Made by a program: the position numbers and the translations under genes
The notes under the pieces: model-generated
Told to the model about the DNA's origin: nothing
The model's input: only the letters and a program-made list of their open reading frames with translations
Databases searched by the model: none
From: Octopus sinensis
Lineage: Eukaryota
Direction of reading: 5' to 3'
Length of the DNA: 64,000 nt
Assembly: GCF_006345805.1 (NCBI RefSeq)
Contig: NC_043013.1
Span: 32,550,001 to 32,614,000, forward strand
Shown: piece by piece, positions 33,126 to 47,600 of the stretch
Layout: each line of letters starts with the position of its first letter
Numbering within the stretch: position 1 is the stretch's first letter

Positions 33126-34365
33126 CGTAACATACCTCCAACACACGTGTGTAAAGTAGTAGCCCTGTGCAACCATGAAAAGAGACCTGCATAATGATGA
33201 CTGCATTGGCCAGTTCGATCGAGATTAATTTAAAACTAAACATTACCAGGGACTCTACTGAAGTTAACGAATGAACCTATCTTATTTATAAGACGAAACG
33301 GTCATAGAACGTCTTTCATTTATAGTTTTGCTTGATCAGAGTTGACCTGACCTTGGAGCTGTAACGTTATCAATGACTGTCATATTGCACGGTTAACAAT
33401 TGCATGTCATTGTGGCGGCGGCGTCCTCGACTTGACATATATGTAGTCTCGCCTGTTGACCTACAGAACCAAACAATACTATGTTAATAGTTAATAACAT
33501 TAGCTACTAATAAATAAATAAAGTTACTGATCGGGATTTGTTTTGGAGATGATTTAAATACGAGACCGTGTGATGCAGCTAAAATAATTTTCATCGCAGT
33601 GGAAAACAATTATAAACACTAAGTCACACATACATACTTACCTACACACACTCTCTCTCTGCTTTGGCTTTATTATAATTTATAACAATTTCCTACATAG
33701 GCCCGAGATTAGAAATGACTTTCATAATTTTTATTGGACTGTATTTTACAGGTTTATACGTATTTTAGTTTTAGATACGTGGTTAATGCTTTTTAAGTCA
33801 TGGTACTGTAGGTACCACGATAATGTTTTTGTCCCAGCATTTCATTGCCTGTCACTTAAAAACCTTACTTTGCCCTTTCACCTTTCTGTTGTTCATAAAA
33901 TAAGTATCAAATGTTGATTCAACGAAGGCGTGATTTATTCATTTATTCCGCTCTAATACTTGGACTGACATTTTATTTTATCGAACCAGAAATATGAAAT
34001 GAAAAGCAAAGTTGACATTGGTGGAAAGCGATCTCAGAACGTGAAGAGCCGGAACAATCACAGCAAAGCTTGTCATGCGATGCATTCACGGATTCTCCCA
34101 TATCTGATATCACAACGCCGCATATTCTGGAGGATGGGTTTAGTCTTACGTTTATATATTTGTTTTGCAAGATTCTTGTTGTGAAATCGTGTGTTGAAAC
34201 ATTGTTTATACTTGGGGACGACCATCCCCAGGTTTAGTTTTAATTCCCATTACAATTCCATTCATGTCAAGGATGCACGACAGAAACACTAAATCTTCTT
34301 TTAATAGAATCCGGATGAATAAAATTTAAAAGCAGATTTCAACGGTTTATACCATTTAGTATAAG

Positions 34366-34560
34366 TAAGGCGGCGAACTGGCATAATCGTTAGCGCGGTC
34401 GGCAAAATGCTTCACGACATTTCTCATTACGTTCTGAGTTCAAATTCCGCCGAGGTCGACTTCACCTTTCATCCTTTCAGGGTCGATTAAATATGTACCA
34501 TTTAAGCTGCAGAGTCGCCTAGTTCCCTTTGCTACGAAATTTCAGGCCTGATATCTATAA
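34366..34560 (+). mobile_element. SINE family A, plus orientation
   Basis: Head aaggcggcgaactggcataatcgttagcgc..ctgagttcaaattccgccgaggtcgac. Also (+) at 40769-41005 and 51380-51740. Confidence 0.85.
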
Positions 34561-37500
34561 TGCAAAGGACTATTAAGAACCAGTGCTTCGTTAACAGATC
34601 GCTGACATTTGTATGCTAAAAGTTCTGTTGCTCCTAACCGATCAAACCTGCGAGCAAAGATATTTTAAGTGGGACCATCCTGTCTCTTAACCAAGCACCG
34701 TGCTCCTACGTGTCCTCTAAGTGAGTTCAGAGATATGACTGCTATTTCTAACAGATCAGACAACCGCATAGATGTTCCCTTACTGTCTCGTGGCTAATGT
34801 TATATAATATAGTAGCAGTAGCCGATCAACCCACACAACGAACATTTCTTCTCTCCATCCGTCTACGTCATCCAACTCTTTTCCCCTCTGTCTGTCTATC
34901 TCTATGGTGATAGCAGCTACTGCCGCTAGGTTGCACATGTATCTATACGTGTGATACGGGTGAAGAACGGGTATGTATAGTGGAGTCAGCCGTTCGCGAA
35001 GTCACGTACTTTGTAGCATGAAAATTCATAATCCCGTGACTTCGATACACACACACACACATATCCTCCTCTCTTACCCCTCTCTCTCTCTCGCTATATA
35101 TATATATAATGAGAAAACAAACCCAAGTACTCGCTGCAACAGGAACAAACGAACGGCTGTTCTTGGTAGAGAAATGTCAACATCAAGTTATTTTTAATAA
35201 AGCCACAAACAAACCAGCGAGGGAAAATATACGTGGTCACTACACGTGCTAAAAACAGTAGCCGTATCTTTCCCGTCTGTTCTTAACTACTCTCACAAAT
35301 GGTAATTGCCAACAAAGAAGCCTTTCTTGCCGGTAGCTGGGTTTGTTAAAAATAGCAGTCAAATCCCGTCCCCGCAAAGGAAGGACACATTGTAGTGGCG
35401 TCAGTCGTGGAGTGCATTGTCTTAATAAAATATGGGATAGGCACGGGTGAAATTCTTTTGATCAGGGTTCCACAGAAGAACGAAACATAAATAAAAGCTG
35501 TAGCACATGGTTACACGTTTCGGCAGTTTTGTTTAGCCCTAGGTCAACCATAGCTCTGTTCAAGAGTATTTTAGCCATGCTCATCCCGTTTTTCTTTCTT
35601 TCTTTTTGTATATATACAAAAGAACCTCAGGACAACATTATCCAACGTGCGTTTCAACACAGCAGATCGGGCAATCATGTAGAGGAGGGGTGCCCAAGTA
35701 CAGGACTATAGAGAGAAAAATTTTTTTCTGTTTAATAAGCATCGCAGTTTGGAAGGTGTTTTTACATTATATATGTAATAATTAAAATATATATTATGCC
35801 ATTTTATTGTGTTTTATTATGCACATGATCATCCGGTTCGCAGTGCAATAAAAGGTTGTGGACGGCTGATGTAGAGTTTCGTTCGTTGGCACGTGGAGGA
35901 AGTACAGTTGCATTACAAGCACAATAATGCTGAATCAAAGAAAATTTTTATTAGCTATATAGAGAAATATAATTACATTTATGGTGCAAATGTATTTATT
36001 AAATGATCAAGTAAGAAATATAAATATGTTTAGCAAATATCTTTATGTCGTGCTTTTGTTTTTTTTAATGTAAAAATCTGAAGTTTGTGTCTGAAGGCCG
36101 TACTTAACGGCTTTTTAAGGCGGCAGATTCTCTATTGTTGGTGTTGCAGATTGGGTCAACATCCGACACTTGCTTTATGAAAGTCTGAGAGGTAAAAGCG
36201 TGCAACATATAATAATATTATTAAGTTTTTGGTTCGTGACTACACAAATAAATGGCGAACGTTCGAGGGGTATTCGGTGACATGTAACGGACGTTCGTCG
36301 GGTTGTGGGTGTGAAATCCCATTGCAATATCATCATCATCATCGTTTAAGATCCATTTTTCCAGGTTCGTATGGGTCGGACAGAATTTGTTGAAGCAGAT
36401 TTTCTATGGCCTGCCCATCTTGTTGCTAACCCTCATGCGTTTCCAAATATATATATCGTCAGTGGATCGTATATCCGAAAAAAAAAGAAGCAGATCACAC
36501 TCTAAAAGTTAGAGCAGAAATGTATTTACATTGTTACACGTTTCGGTAGTTGTTTAGCCCTAGGTCAACCGTAATTGAAAAGACTTTCAGTTCAATGGTA
36601 TTTTAGCCACGATCAACCCGTTTTTCTTTCTTTTTGTATCTATGTATCAAACCCTTGAAGATTAGTCTGATAACTCGTCTATAAAGCTAAGCGCTTTATG
36701 GATGCGAAACCATTAGTCACTCTATGCCAAGACATAGATTTAATTTCATATATATATATATATATATATATAAGGAAAAAACCTACTTTTTCTGTCTTCT
36801 GTCAAGCGCTTATATGCCTCTTTATTAGACTATTTACTTTAGTCATTGCACGGTGATCGCTTATAAGCTTTAAGCTTATAAAATACTATTATATATATAT
36901 ACATATATATATATATATGTGATTCATCAAATACAGGACATCACCAACATATATATATGACGGGTTTCTTTCAGCTTCTTTCTTCTAAATCCACTCACAA
37001 GACTTCGGTCAGCCCGGGTCAGTCGGAGAAGAAACTTTCCTAAGGTGCTATTCAGTGGCACTAAACCCAAAGCCGTGTGATTGGGAAACAAACTTCTCAC
37101 CACACAGCCATGCCTTTCATTAGATAAAAAAAAAACCCAAAAAAACAATAGCTATTTACCATTATCGAAAATCTAAAATACGTGCATACTTCTAAATGAC
37201 ACTCGAATAACAAGATTATATTTTTTTAAATAAACGAAAATTTCGACATTCATGACCAAAAACGTTCGTTTTCAATGTACAAGATGATATTTTAAAGGGA
37301 GATTTTATTACTATCATGTTTTTCTCAAAGCCTTTAACATTAATAATTATTTCAAATCTTAACACAAATAATTTTAGTGGAAGGGGTTAGTTGATTCCAT
37401 TTACTACAGTACTTGACTGGTACTTTATCTCATCGGCCTCAAAATGATGAAAGGCCAAGTCGAGCTGAGTGACACTAAACACAGATCGTAAAGATGGATG

Positions 37501-38084
37501 AAATGCAAATGTATCTACCACCTTTTGTAATAGCTATTTTTTCTAATTTTGGCACAAGCCCAACAATTTTGAGGAAACGGGGCTGGTCAATTGACTGGTA
37601 CTTAATTTCATCATCCCTGAAAGGATGAAAGGCAAAGTTGACCTCAGCAGGATTTGAACTAAAAAAGTAAATAGCCAGAAGAAACACCACTGAGCATTTT
37701 CCTCTGATGTGTTAAGAATTCTGTCATACCTTCAGCAATAAGAATTCTTTCTATTATAGTCACAAGGCCTGAAATTTTGGCAGAGGGGTCTTGTCAATTA
37801 CATCAACCTCAGTACTCAATTGTTACTTATCTGTATCAACCCCAAAAGGGGCGGATGGTAAAGTTCACCTCAGCTGAATTTGAACTCAGAATGTAAAGCC
37901 AGAGGGAATCCCGCTAAGCATCTTATTCCAGTTCCTAGTTTTGGATTGTTGACATTTCTCACTTGCAAGCTCTTCCATATATTCTAGCGATAGAGGACTC
38001 TATACTAAGCAGTTTAGAGTCCAAATCAGTGATAATTGGTAAACCTATGATAATAAGTGGTCAAACATTGAAAATCCAGCACTC

Positions 38085-38640
38085 ATCATCATCATTTAAC
38101 GCCCGCTTTCCATGCTGGCATGGGTTGGACAGTTTGACTGAAGGCTGGCATGCCAGAAGTCTGCACCAGGCTCCAATCCGATCTGGCAAAGTTTCTACAG
38201 CTGGGTGCCCTTCTTAACACCAACCACTCCGAGAGTGTAGTGGGTGCTTTGTATGTGCCAGTGAGACGGCACTGGCATCAACCACCCTTGAATGGTGCTT
38301 TTTACGTGCCATTGGCACAGGAGCTAGTCAGGCAGCACTAGCAACGATCATGCTTGAATGGTGCTTTTTTACATGCCACCAGCAAGGGTACCAATCAGGC
38401 AGTACTGTCATTGGCCACGACGCCGACTTCACTTGCCTCAACAGGTCTTTGCAGGCACAGTTTATTGCCCAATGACTGAAGGGTACTCTTAAATGGGCTG
38501 GTTATGCTGCACTGGCATAGGCCATGGTTACGGTCTCACTTGGCTTGCCAGGTCTTCTGAAGCACAGCATATCTCCAAAGATCTCAGTCACCTGTCATCG
38601 CCTTGGTGAGGCTATGCTTTTGAAACTGTGTATGAAGACT
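38085..38640 (-). mobile_element. RTE-tail-related SINE/LINE fragment (family C, (ATG)n tail)
   Basis: catcatcatcatttaacg[t/c]ccgctttccatgct[a/g]gcatgggttggac signature. Copies at 41695-42060, ~42700-42870, 44760-44920, 51060-51230, 58900-59218, 59352-59910, 62080-62240 and 63500-63745. Confidence 0.8.
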
Positions 38641-41044
38641 GCACTATTTAATATATTGTTTCCTTTTTTTAAACAGTCCAGTGCAATTTGGCTGTCATTT
38701 CTAGTTTATCAAGGAACCACACAGAGACTTATTCTTAAAAGTAGAGAATTACTATACAGATATCTGACATAAATATGTAAGATGTGATACTAATAATAAT
38801 CTACATCATTTTTGTCCACAGAAGGTAAGGGTGCACCTTTGATGCAGGTCTGAAGAAGTGCAACTCTAATGTTTAAAACCACAGATATTACATAAGAGTT
38901 TTGTGTTGACTGGCATTGAAAGCAGAGTTGGAACAGAGACAATTGTAGCTGATCCTTAAAGATAAGGGATTAAAGTCTTCCATTGTCTTCCTATTTGGAT
39001 TATATTTTACTTTTTGCTAAACTCACACAACCTGGATTTTCTCCATTTGAAGAATTCTGATAGGCTGGAATCTGACAGTGTAGATAGCCTAAAGATCAGG
39101 TTGAGTGCAACATTGGAAATACCCTATCTTTCTACCCTCCCAGAGCCTCATGTATGTATATGCATATATATATATACATACATACATACACACACACATA
39201 CGTGTGTATATATATATACAGAAGTGGCTATGTGGTACCCTGGACAAGTGTCTTCTACTATAGCCTTGGGCCGACCAAAGACTTGTGAGTGAAACTGAAA
39301 GAAGCTTGTCGTATTTATGTGTATGAGTGTGTTTATCCCTCAACATCGTTTGACAACCAATGCTGGTGTGTTTACGTCCCCATAACTTAGCAGTTCGGCA
39401 AAAGAGACTAGGCTAACAAAGAATAAGTCCTGGGGTCAATTTGTTCGACTAAGGGTGGTGCTCCAGCAAGTGACTGAAACAAGAATATATATATATATAT
39501 ATATATTTATATACAAATACATGCATATATATATATTTAATGCATCTCGAAATGGGGAATGGATGGACAGCCGACAACTAATGAAGGGTCATTCTTTGTA
39601 TAACTTGTCCCTTTTTCTCTCGTTATTTGTGTATTTAATGTTGGTGACGTCCTGTACCCATATGGGCATATTATTGTAATTATTATATATAAACATTATT
39701 AATTATAAGGAATATTATGAAGTTGCACAGCATTATATTTAATTCTTTTAATATATATACATCTTTACATAGACCTGCACATGTTTCAGCTGCACTGATT
39801 AGAAACTGTTGTGCAATTGCAACCCTACTATGTGTGTGTGTGTGTTTGTATTCGTTCCCCACATTCCACTGCTTGACAATTGGTGTTGGTTTGTTTATGT
39901 CTGGTAATTTAATGGTTTGGAAAAGGAGATTGATAGAATAAGTACTGGACTTCTAAAAGAAGGTAAGTACTGAGTTTGATTGGTAGACTGATCCTTTCGC
40001 AGTGGTGCCCCAGCATGGCTGCAGTCCAATGATTAAAACAAGTATACAATAATGAATGTAATGGGTGACTTAATCAATAAAATTCTTGAGAAACTGTTTC
40101 GTGGCTTTAAATATACATGGCTTAGTGGGTAAAGCTTTCAGCTCACAATACTGATGTCATGGGTTCAATTCCTAGGCCAGTTGTTGCATTGTGCCTTTGA
40201 GCAAAGCACTTCATTTCGCATTGCATCAGTCCACTCAGCTGTAAAGAAAGTACCAGTGCTGTTGCCTGTGCAGCCCTCTCTACCTTTGGTGGTTATGTTC
40301 AAGGATGCTGGAGACAAAGAGGATATCCATGTCTGCTCAGGCACCTAAAACAACTAACAAAGATATGGTACATACAACTAAACCATACTTGCTCACAAGT
40401 GAAGACTAGGTGTAATGATCTAAGCTCAAATTCCACCTTGCTGATTTCTATCAACATCAGAGTAATGCAAGTCTAAGTTCTAGTCTAACCCTTAAATTAC
40501 TCTGTCGAATGTAAAGATTATTTATTCACATTGTTTTCAATTAATCATGCATTATCTTGTAAGAGATGAGAATTCAATGATGTGATTGTTTATTTTCTGA
40601 ATGGCATTGTAGAGTTGATGTGAAAGACACCAAAATCAATTTTTTCTGAATATACATTGCTGAAATCTAGCTGCTTCTTTTATGCCATCAAATATGGTAA
40701 ATAAAAATAAAGAGCCCATTTCCAAATAAATTCTAAAATGTTAAATATTTCTTCCATCCAGTGGAGAAAAGGCGGTGAGCTGGCAGAAATGTTAGCCCGC
40801 TGGGTGAAATGCTCAGTGGTATTTCGTCTGCTGTTATGTTCCGAGTTCAAATTCCACCAAAGTCGACTATGCCTTTCATCCTTTCGGGGTTGATAAATTA
40901 AGTACAGCTACGCACCGGGGTTGATAAATTAAGTACAGCTACGCACCGGGGTCGATGTAACTGACTTAATCCCTTTGTCTGTCCCCTTGTGGGTAATAAA
41001 GAAATAACAAACTATAGTAGTTGATAGCTTCTGTTACCTAGGTG

Positions 41045-41640
41045 ATCAAGTCAGTAGTGGGGGTGAATGCTTTGAGAGCATAGCTACTAGAATAAGAATA
41101 GGCTGGGCAAAGTTCAGGGAGCCCCTACTTCTGCTGGTAACAAAGGGCCCCTCACTCAGAGAGGAAGGCAGACTGTATGATGCTTGTGTATGAACAGCCA
41201 TGCTACACAGCAGTAAAACATGGGCTGTGACTGCTGAGGACATGCGTAAGCTTGTAAGAAATGAAGCTAGCATGCTCCGCTGGATGTATTATGTCAGCGT
41301 GCATGCATGACAGAGTAAGTGTCCTGAGAGTAAAATTGGGCATAAGAAGCATCCAAATTGGTGTGCAAGAGAGACGACCATGTTAGTATGGTCATGAGAT
41401 GCATATGAGAACATTTGTGTGAAGAAGTGTCGCACTCTAATGGTGAAGGGAACCTGTTGAAGAGGTAGACCTAGGAAGACATGGGACAAGGTGGTAAACT
41501 TGATCTTCAAATGTTGGCAATGACAAGTGACCAACACCTTTGGCAATACATCATGCTTGAGAAGAACCATCATGCCAAATGAGATCATAGTCATGGCCGA
41601 TGCCAGCGTCGTGTAATTGGCCCACTAAAAGCACCATTCA
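41045..41640 (+). mobile_element. RTE-clade LINE 3' ORF remnant
   Basis: AMLHSSKTWAVTAEDMRKLVRNEASMLRWM resembles RTE LYGSETWA...KL...EMRMLRWM, followed by GRPRKTW. Similar remnants at ~48250-48700 and ~61630-62000. Confidence 0.75.
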
Positions 41641-44600
41641 GTCATTGGGTGATATGCTGTGCTTGTTAAGACCTGTCAAGCTGAGTGAAAGAGGGTTATC
41701 ATCATCATCATTTAACGTCCGCTTTCCATGCTAGCATGGGTTGGACGGTTCAACTGGGGTCTGGGGAGCCCGAAGGCTGCACCAGGCCAGTCAGATCTGG
41801 CAGTGTTTCTACAGCTGGATGCCCTTCCTAACGCCAACCACTCCGAGAGTGTAGTGGGTGTTTTTATGTGCCACCGACACAAGTGCCAGATGAGGCTGGC
41901 GAACGGCCACGATCGGATGGTGTTTGTTACGTGCCCACAGCACGGAGGCCAGTCGATGCGGTACTGGCTACGGCCATGTTCGGATGGTTTTCTTGTGTGC
42001 CACCGGCACTGGTACCACAAAGATACAAATTCCATTGATGTTCATCTATTTTGATTTTTTGGCAGGAGACATTTTGTTGGTTTAGTTGGCATTGCTGACT
42101 TATCTGCTATCAGGCATTTTAAAGTTCCTCTCATTCTGTTTATGTAAGAGTATGTTGTGTTCAATTAATAAATTACAATCTCTCTTTTGTTCTGTTGTGA
42201 GTATTTCTTTGCAAGCATGTGTGTTGGCCCCAGAGCAAAAACAAGCTTATGTACCAAATGTCTCTTCCTGGTATTAAAAGGTTTTGACAAAAAGAAACAA
42301 AACAAAGGACCCATTAGTCCCTGAAATATCACTTCTAAACTTGAAATAACCTGCACTGCATGCATGTGTGGTTAAGGAGCTTGCGTCCTTACATGGTTTC
42401 AGGTTCAGTCCTACTGCATGCCACCTTGGACTGTCTTCTACAGCCTCAGTGTTACCAAAGCTTTTAGAGTAGATTTGCTAAACAGGAACATGTGTATGTG
42501 TCTCCTTGTCTTGACATCATGCAACTGTTGTGTCACTCTCATATAAACTATGTCAATCGTTTCTAATCCATTAAAACATTTCTGGTCATGGGGAAAATTT
42601 GCTTGAAAAGAGGTGAGGGCTGGTGATGAAAATAGCATCTGGTTGCAGAAAATCTGCCACAACGAATCTCTTGACCCACACAAACACGGAAAATCCTCAT
42701 CCCTGTTTAAATGTCCATTTTCCATGCTGGCAAGACAGAGTACTGCACCAGGCCCCAATTGGATGTTTGGTATGGTTTCTGCAATTGGATGCCCTTCCGG
42801 AAACCCAACAACTTTATAAAGTCTACTGGGTTGCTTTTACATGGTGTTGGCATGTGAAAATGGATGTTAAAATATTTACAATGATAAAAATGTAAGGCCT
42901 ACTTCCACATGATGCTGGTATTGTATATTTATCTCTGACAATGTTGTTAGAACTGGAGATTCTCTCCCACCTTGTAAAAATCCTAAACATCGGAACTATC
43001 AAATTTAAATCCTTTAGCATTCAGATTTATTCCCAATGCTTTGAATTAATCAAGCATTATCTCAGTTTCAAGATTTTGATATGATTGCTCATATTTAGAA
43101 TGGCATTGTAGGACAGGATGATAGGCCAGATCTGGCCTGTGACTACAAAACAGAATATCTGGATTGGATAGGGTTGCTTTAAAAGGTTAATAGGGTAACA
43201 TTACCACAAGTGTCATGCAACATCCTGTTCAAGAATTACTTTAGAAGCAGAGAACTTCTATAAGTCAAAACGTAACCTTAGGTTTAAAAGAAAAAATGGA
43301 CACTATTTTAAATGTTCCTAAATCCCAGGACAACATGCTCATGGAATATATAAAACTGGATAACAAGTAAGTTAAAGAGCTTCAACATGTTAAACTGCTA
43401 GAAATAGCAGCCAATTTCCTTAAGCCACATCTAAAAAACTAAAAATTGTATAGTCCTAGATATACTAAGTCTGCAAAATAAAATGAGAAACTTAAACATC
43501 GTTTAAACCCTAAGAAAGCGTTTTGTATTCAGATAGAAAAATGAATTGTGACTCGGCCCTTAAAAAAGAAAAAAATATCCCTTTAGCATTTAAATTATTC
43601 AAACCAGACCCAAAGATTCAAGTTATGTGTTGAGAGTGACCCAATTCAACTTTTCACTCTAAAATGGCACAATTATTCATGATTAATTTTCTTTTCAATT
43701 CTTGGCACATGGCCCAAAACTTTTGGGGAGGGAGCCAGTTGATTAGATCAACCCCAGTAAGCAACTAGTACTTAATCTATTGATCCCGAAAGGGTGAAAG
43801 GAAAAGTCAACCTCAGCAGAATGTGAACTGAGAATGTAATGACATGAAATACTGCCAAGCATTTCGCCCGGTGTGCTAACATTTCTGCCAGCTCGCCACC
43901 CTATGCATGATTAATTATAAAAGCTGACTAAATAAGCATTACATTCCACAATAATCTGAATACTAAATGGTTAAAGATAAGAAACTCAACCTTTTTTGTG
44001 ACCATATTTTTAACAAGAAAAATCCAGCAGTAAGCATTTAGTAAAATAAGTTTGCTCAAACTACCATGTTTAACCCTTTAGTATTTAAACCGGCCATAAT
44101 ATTTAATCTGTTTTATGTTCAAACTGACCAGATCCAGGCTCTCACACCTTCCCTACAATGTTATTCTACATTAAGTAATTACACCATCAAGATCTTGAAG
44201 ATATGAGATAATGCATGATTAATTCAAATCAATGGGAATCAATAAGCATTATGTTTGATTGAATTGTCTGAACACTAAAGGGTTAAAGTGTCTGGTCTTA
44301 AGGTTACCAACAAGACCTCATAAAAAGTACAGCAATATTCTAAATTAGATCAAGGTATGCAAGATAAACTGCTTACAAATGTTTCTTAAATCTGCTAAAA
44401 ACAGCAATTATATAAATTTAATGACAACCAACTTTGGATTTTTTTGTTTCTCTAAACATGGTGAGCATCAATTTAGATGTGGAGTCTGTAGCATACACCG
44501 ATTAATTATTACTGTACAATTTGCCCAGGTGACCTACATCAATGCTGCTTGAAAGATCAGACTTGACCTGTGTACATCGAACTGCATTTATCTCGGAGGC

Positions 44601-47600
44601 TTTGGTGCCAAAAATAGTGATAAATGAACCATCTCCATGCATGTTGTACATGGAATGGTAGATTCAATGACACCAAACTTGTGGCCCACAGCAGTGAAGC
44701 TTCAATTGTTGCATATTTTCATCATCTGCAGTGGTGCCATGTGAAAAGAACCCATGCAAAATGCAACGAGTACACCCTGTAAAATGGTTGGTATTACGAA
44801 GAGCATCCAGCAGTAGAAACCATGTTAAAACAGACAATTGGGGCTAGGGGCAGCTCTGGCTTGCTAGCTCCTGTCAAATTGTCCAACCAATGCTAGCATG
44901 GAAAACAGATGTCAAATGATGATCCATCTTTTTCTGTAGTGAATATAACCTTTTACTTTTCTATTTGTTTCAGTTGACTGTGGCCATGCTGGAGCACCAC
45001 CTTTAGTCAAACAAATCTACCCCAGGACCTGTTCTTTGTAAGCCTTGTACTTATTCTAATTGTCTCTTTTGCCAACAGCTAAGTTACAGGTATGTAAACA
45101 CACCAGAATTGGTTGTCAAGCAATGTTAGGGGGACAAACACACAACATACATATAAATATACGATGTGCTTCTTTTAGTTTCCATCAACCAAATCCATTC
45201 TGAAGGCTTTGGTCAGCCCAAGGTGCCATGCAGTGGGACTGAACCCAGAACCCTGTGGTTGGTAAGCAAGCTATTTTCCACACAGCCCCTCCTGTGCCTG
45301 CAATTTGTTTGCATTATTTGTGAGAATGAGGTACATTTGTATTTTTTTCTGTATATTGGTCCTGTGTTAATGGGTGTGAGTTTGTAAATGCAAATAAAAG
45401 GCAAACAGCTTTGCAGCTGTCATGTAAATCTAAGTTATAGTGCATTCTGGATGGATTGATGCACTTTTTTGCAGAATCTTTGACTGTGATAGGGATAAAA
45501 TGGTTCATAACTGAACATACTGTTCAGATATCTTGGATTGGTAATAAAATGAGGTTACATGTGTAACAAAAGCCAGCCAACCAACCATGACATGCAAGTA
45601 GAAGTTACAAATATTAAATAACTGATCATGTTATCAAAAAGGTTAACCCATGCACCCTATCCTTTTGTGACCATATTTCTAATAAGAATATCCTGCAAGT
45701 AAGCTTTAGTGAAATGAATTTGATGTGACGTTTACCCATTAAAATATAAAACATTCTTTTTGGTGCAAGTATTCTTGATTTTAGGAACCACAATTTCTCT
45801 GAACATGAATAACTGTTACAAACATGGACAATAAAACGAGACAGACATTCCTGGGTACACACTATTGTAACATGTCTCAGTCTCATCTGAAGAAAGAAAG
45901 AACAGTTTTTATGTACAACTTCCTACAAGTCACCCACAAGTTGTGGTCCCCAACTATCACCTGTCTCAGAGGCCCTGATCCCACAACATAGAAATATAGT
46001 GATGCATGATTCAAAGGAAATTTGGTTGATATTTCTAGCAATTTAAAGAAGCTACAATGGTGACTCCATTGCAGGGTCATTCCTTTCTAAACTATATCAA
46101 TGTTTAGAGCGCAATCTCATGATACTTGTCTACAGAAATGAGTTATAGTATTTGGTTCTCAAAAGAATCACTTATGATTTTGATATGTTGTTTAAAGAAT
46201 TAAGATATAAAAAAAACAAAAACAAATTGACACCTGTCTACCGTAATAAGGCAGGAAGAATAAGAAACAGAAATTTTAAAATAGAAAACAGTTATAGGAA
46301 TTTCACTGCACTATTCAAACTATATCTTCGGAGGTAAATACTTTTCTCTCAAATTAATCTAAGTGTTTTGTCCCAATAAAATTCAGCAATTTATGTACAA
46401 AATGAGCAGCATTTCTGATTGTCTTATGGTTACATTAATACAACTGACATTGGACAGTTCAGTTTCCTGTTCTGATATGAAGTCTGAAAACAAGCCCATG
46501 AGCAAAACCAATAAATGCAACAAACTAGTCAACAGTGAAGTGAATGGTAGTACCAGGTAGACAGACAAATCCAACAAGGCACCTTCTATGTCATCAATTG
46601 ACTTGATAGAAATTGCCAACTAATTGTATTGGTGTATAATTGTTTAGTGTAGTCTGACGTAATATTAAATAAAATCCTAAATACACTGCTTATAAAAAGC
46701 TGGGATAATCGAAGCTGAAACAACCATACATCTGTTGAATCAGTTAAACAAGCAGGAAAAAGTTAAGCAAACTGGAAAATCCAGTTACTGTGTTAAAACC
46801 TGGTGATAAATGTATAATCTAACAAGTAAACTGCCCAGATTTCTATTGCTTTTTAATAGAAAGTTTTGGAAGAGTTTAGTAAAACATCTAATTTTATATT
46901 ATCAGTAAGCTGATTTGACAACTGAAATCTTACTGTTAAAAAGCAAGAGTTAATTTATAGAGATTTGCTACAGATGCACAAGCCATATGAATAATGATCT
47001 TGAAATAAAGAGCCTCTACTTGAGAATTCAAACTGCTAGAAATGACAGCAACGTCTTGAAATTGAATACAAATGTCTTATAAAAAAAATGCAGTGGACAA
47101 TGTAATACTAGACACAAGATGATTGTAGCCTGTAATACTAGTAGTACAGACCTACTCAACCAATGTGTTATTGAACAAAGGTTATAAAAGTCTGGGAAAA
47201 TGTAGCCCCTAAGTAGCACAGCTGCCCAAATTCTGAAAATGAGTTACCCAGACCAAATTTTAATTGCAGTTCCATCTGCTTTGAACATGCTGACCTTTTG
47301 CATAAGCCCCAAGTCAGTTCTGATCAAAAGCAGTCCTAAGTTATGCAGGTCAACAACTAAGCAATGATGCAGTTTCAGTCACATCATTCATTGGCTTATG
47401 GCTTGGGCTGAAATTCATCTAAAACTTTCCTGCAGATTACTAAAACTGAAATGCTATTCCAACAGCAACAGAAAGCAATTTGATAACCAAAGCAGTGGAC
47501 AATAGAGTAGTAGGACTAGAAGACATAAGAAATTTAGCAAGAAGCAGTGTAGGAATCCTGTCAATGACCTTTGGCTAAGAGATGCAAACAATTTACAGTA

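Noticed and set aside
33194-33261. Box C (ATGATGA) ... box D (CTGA) snoRNA candidate
   Set aside because: No terminal stem, and I could not match either guide region to rRNA or snRNA from memory. Such box pairs are frequent by chance.
46383-46619. 78-aa hydrophobic ORF as a membrane microprotein
   Set aside because: TTG start, weak acceptor and no recognisable family. Hydrophobic ORFs arise readily on T-rich strands.
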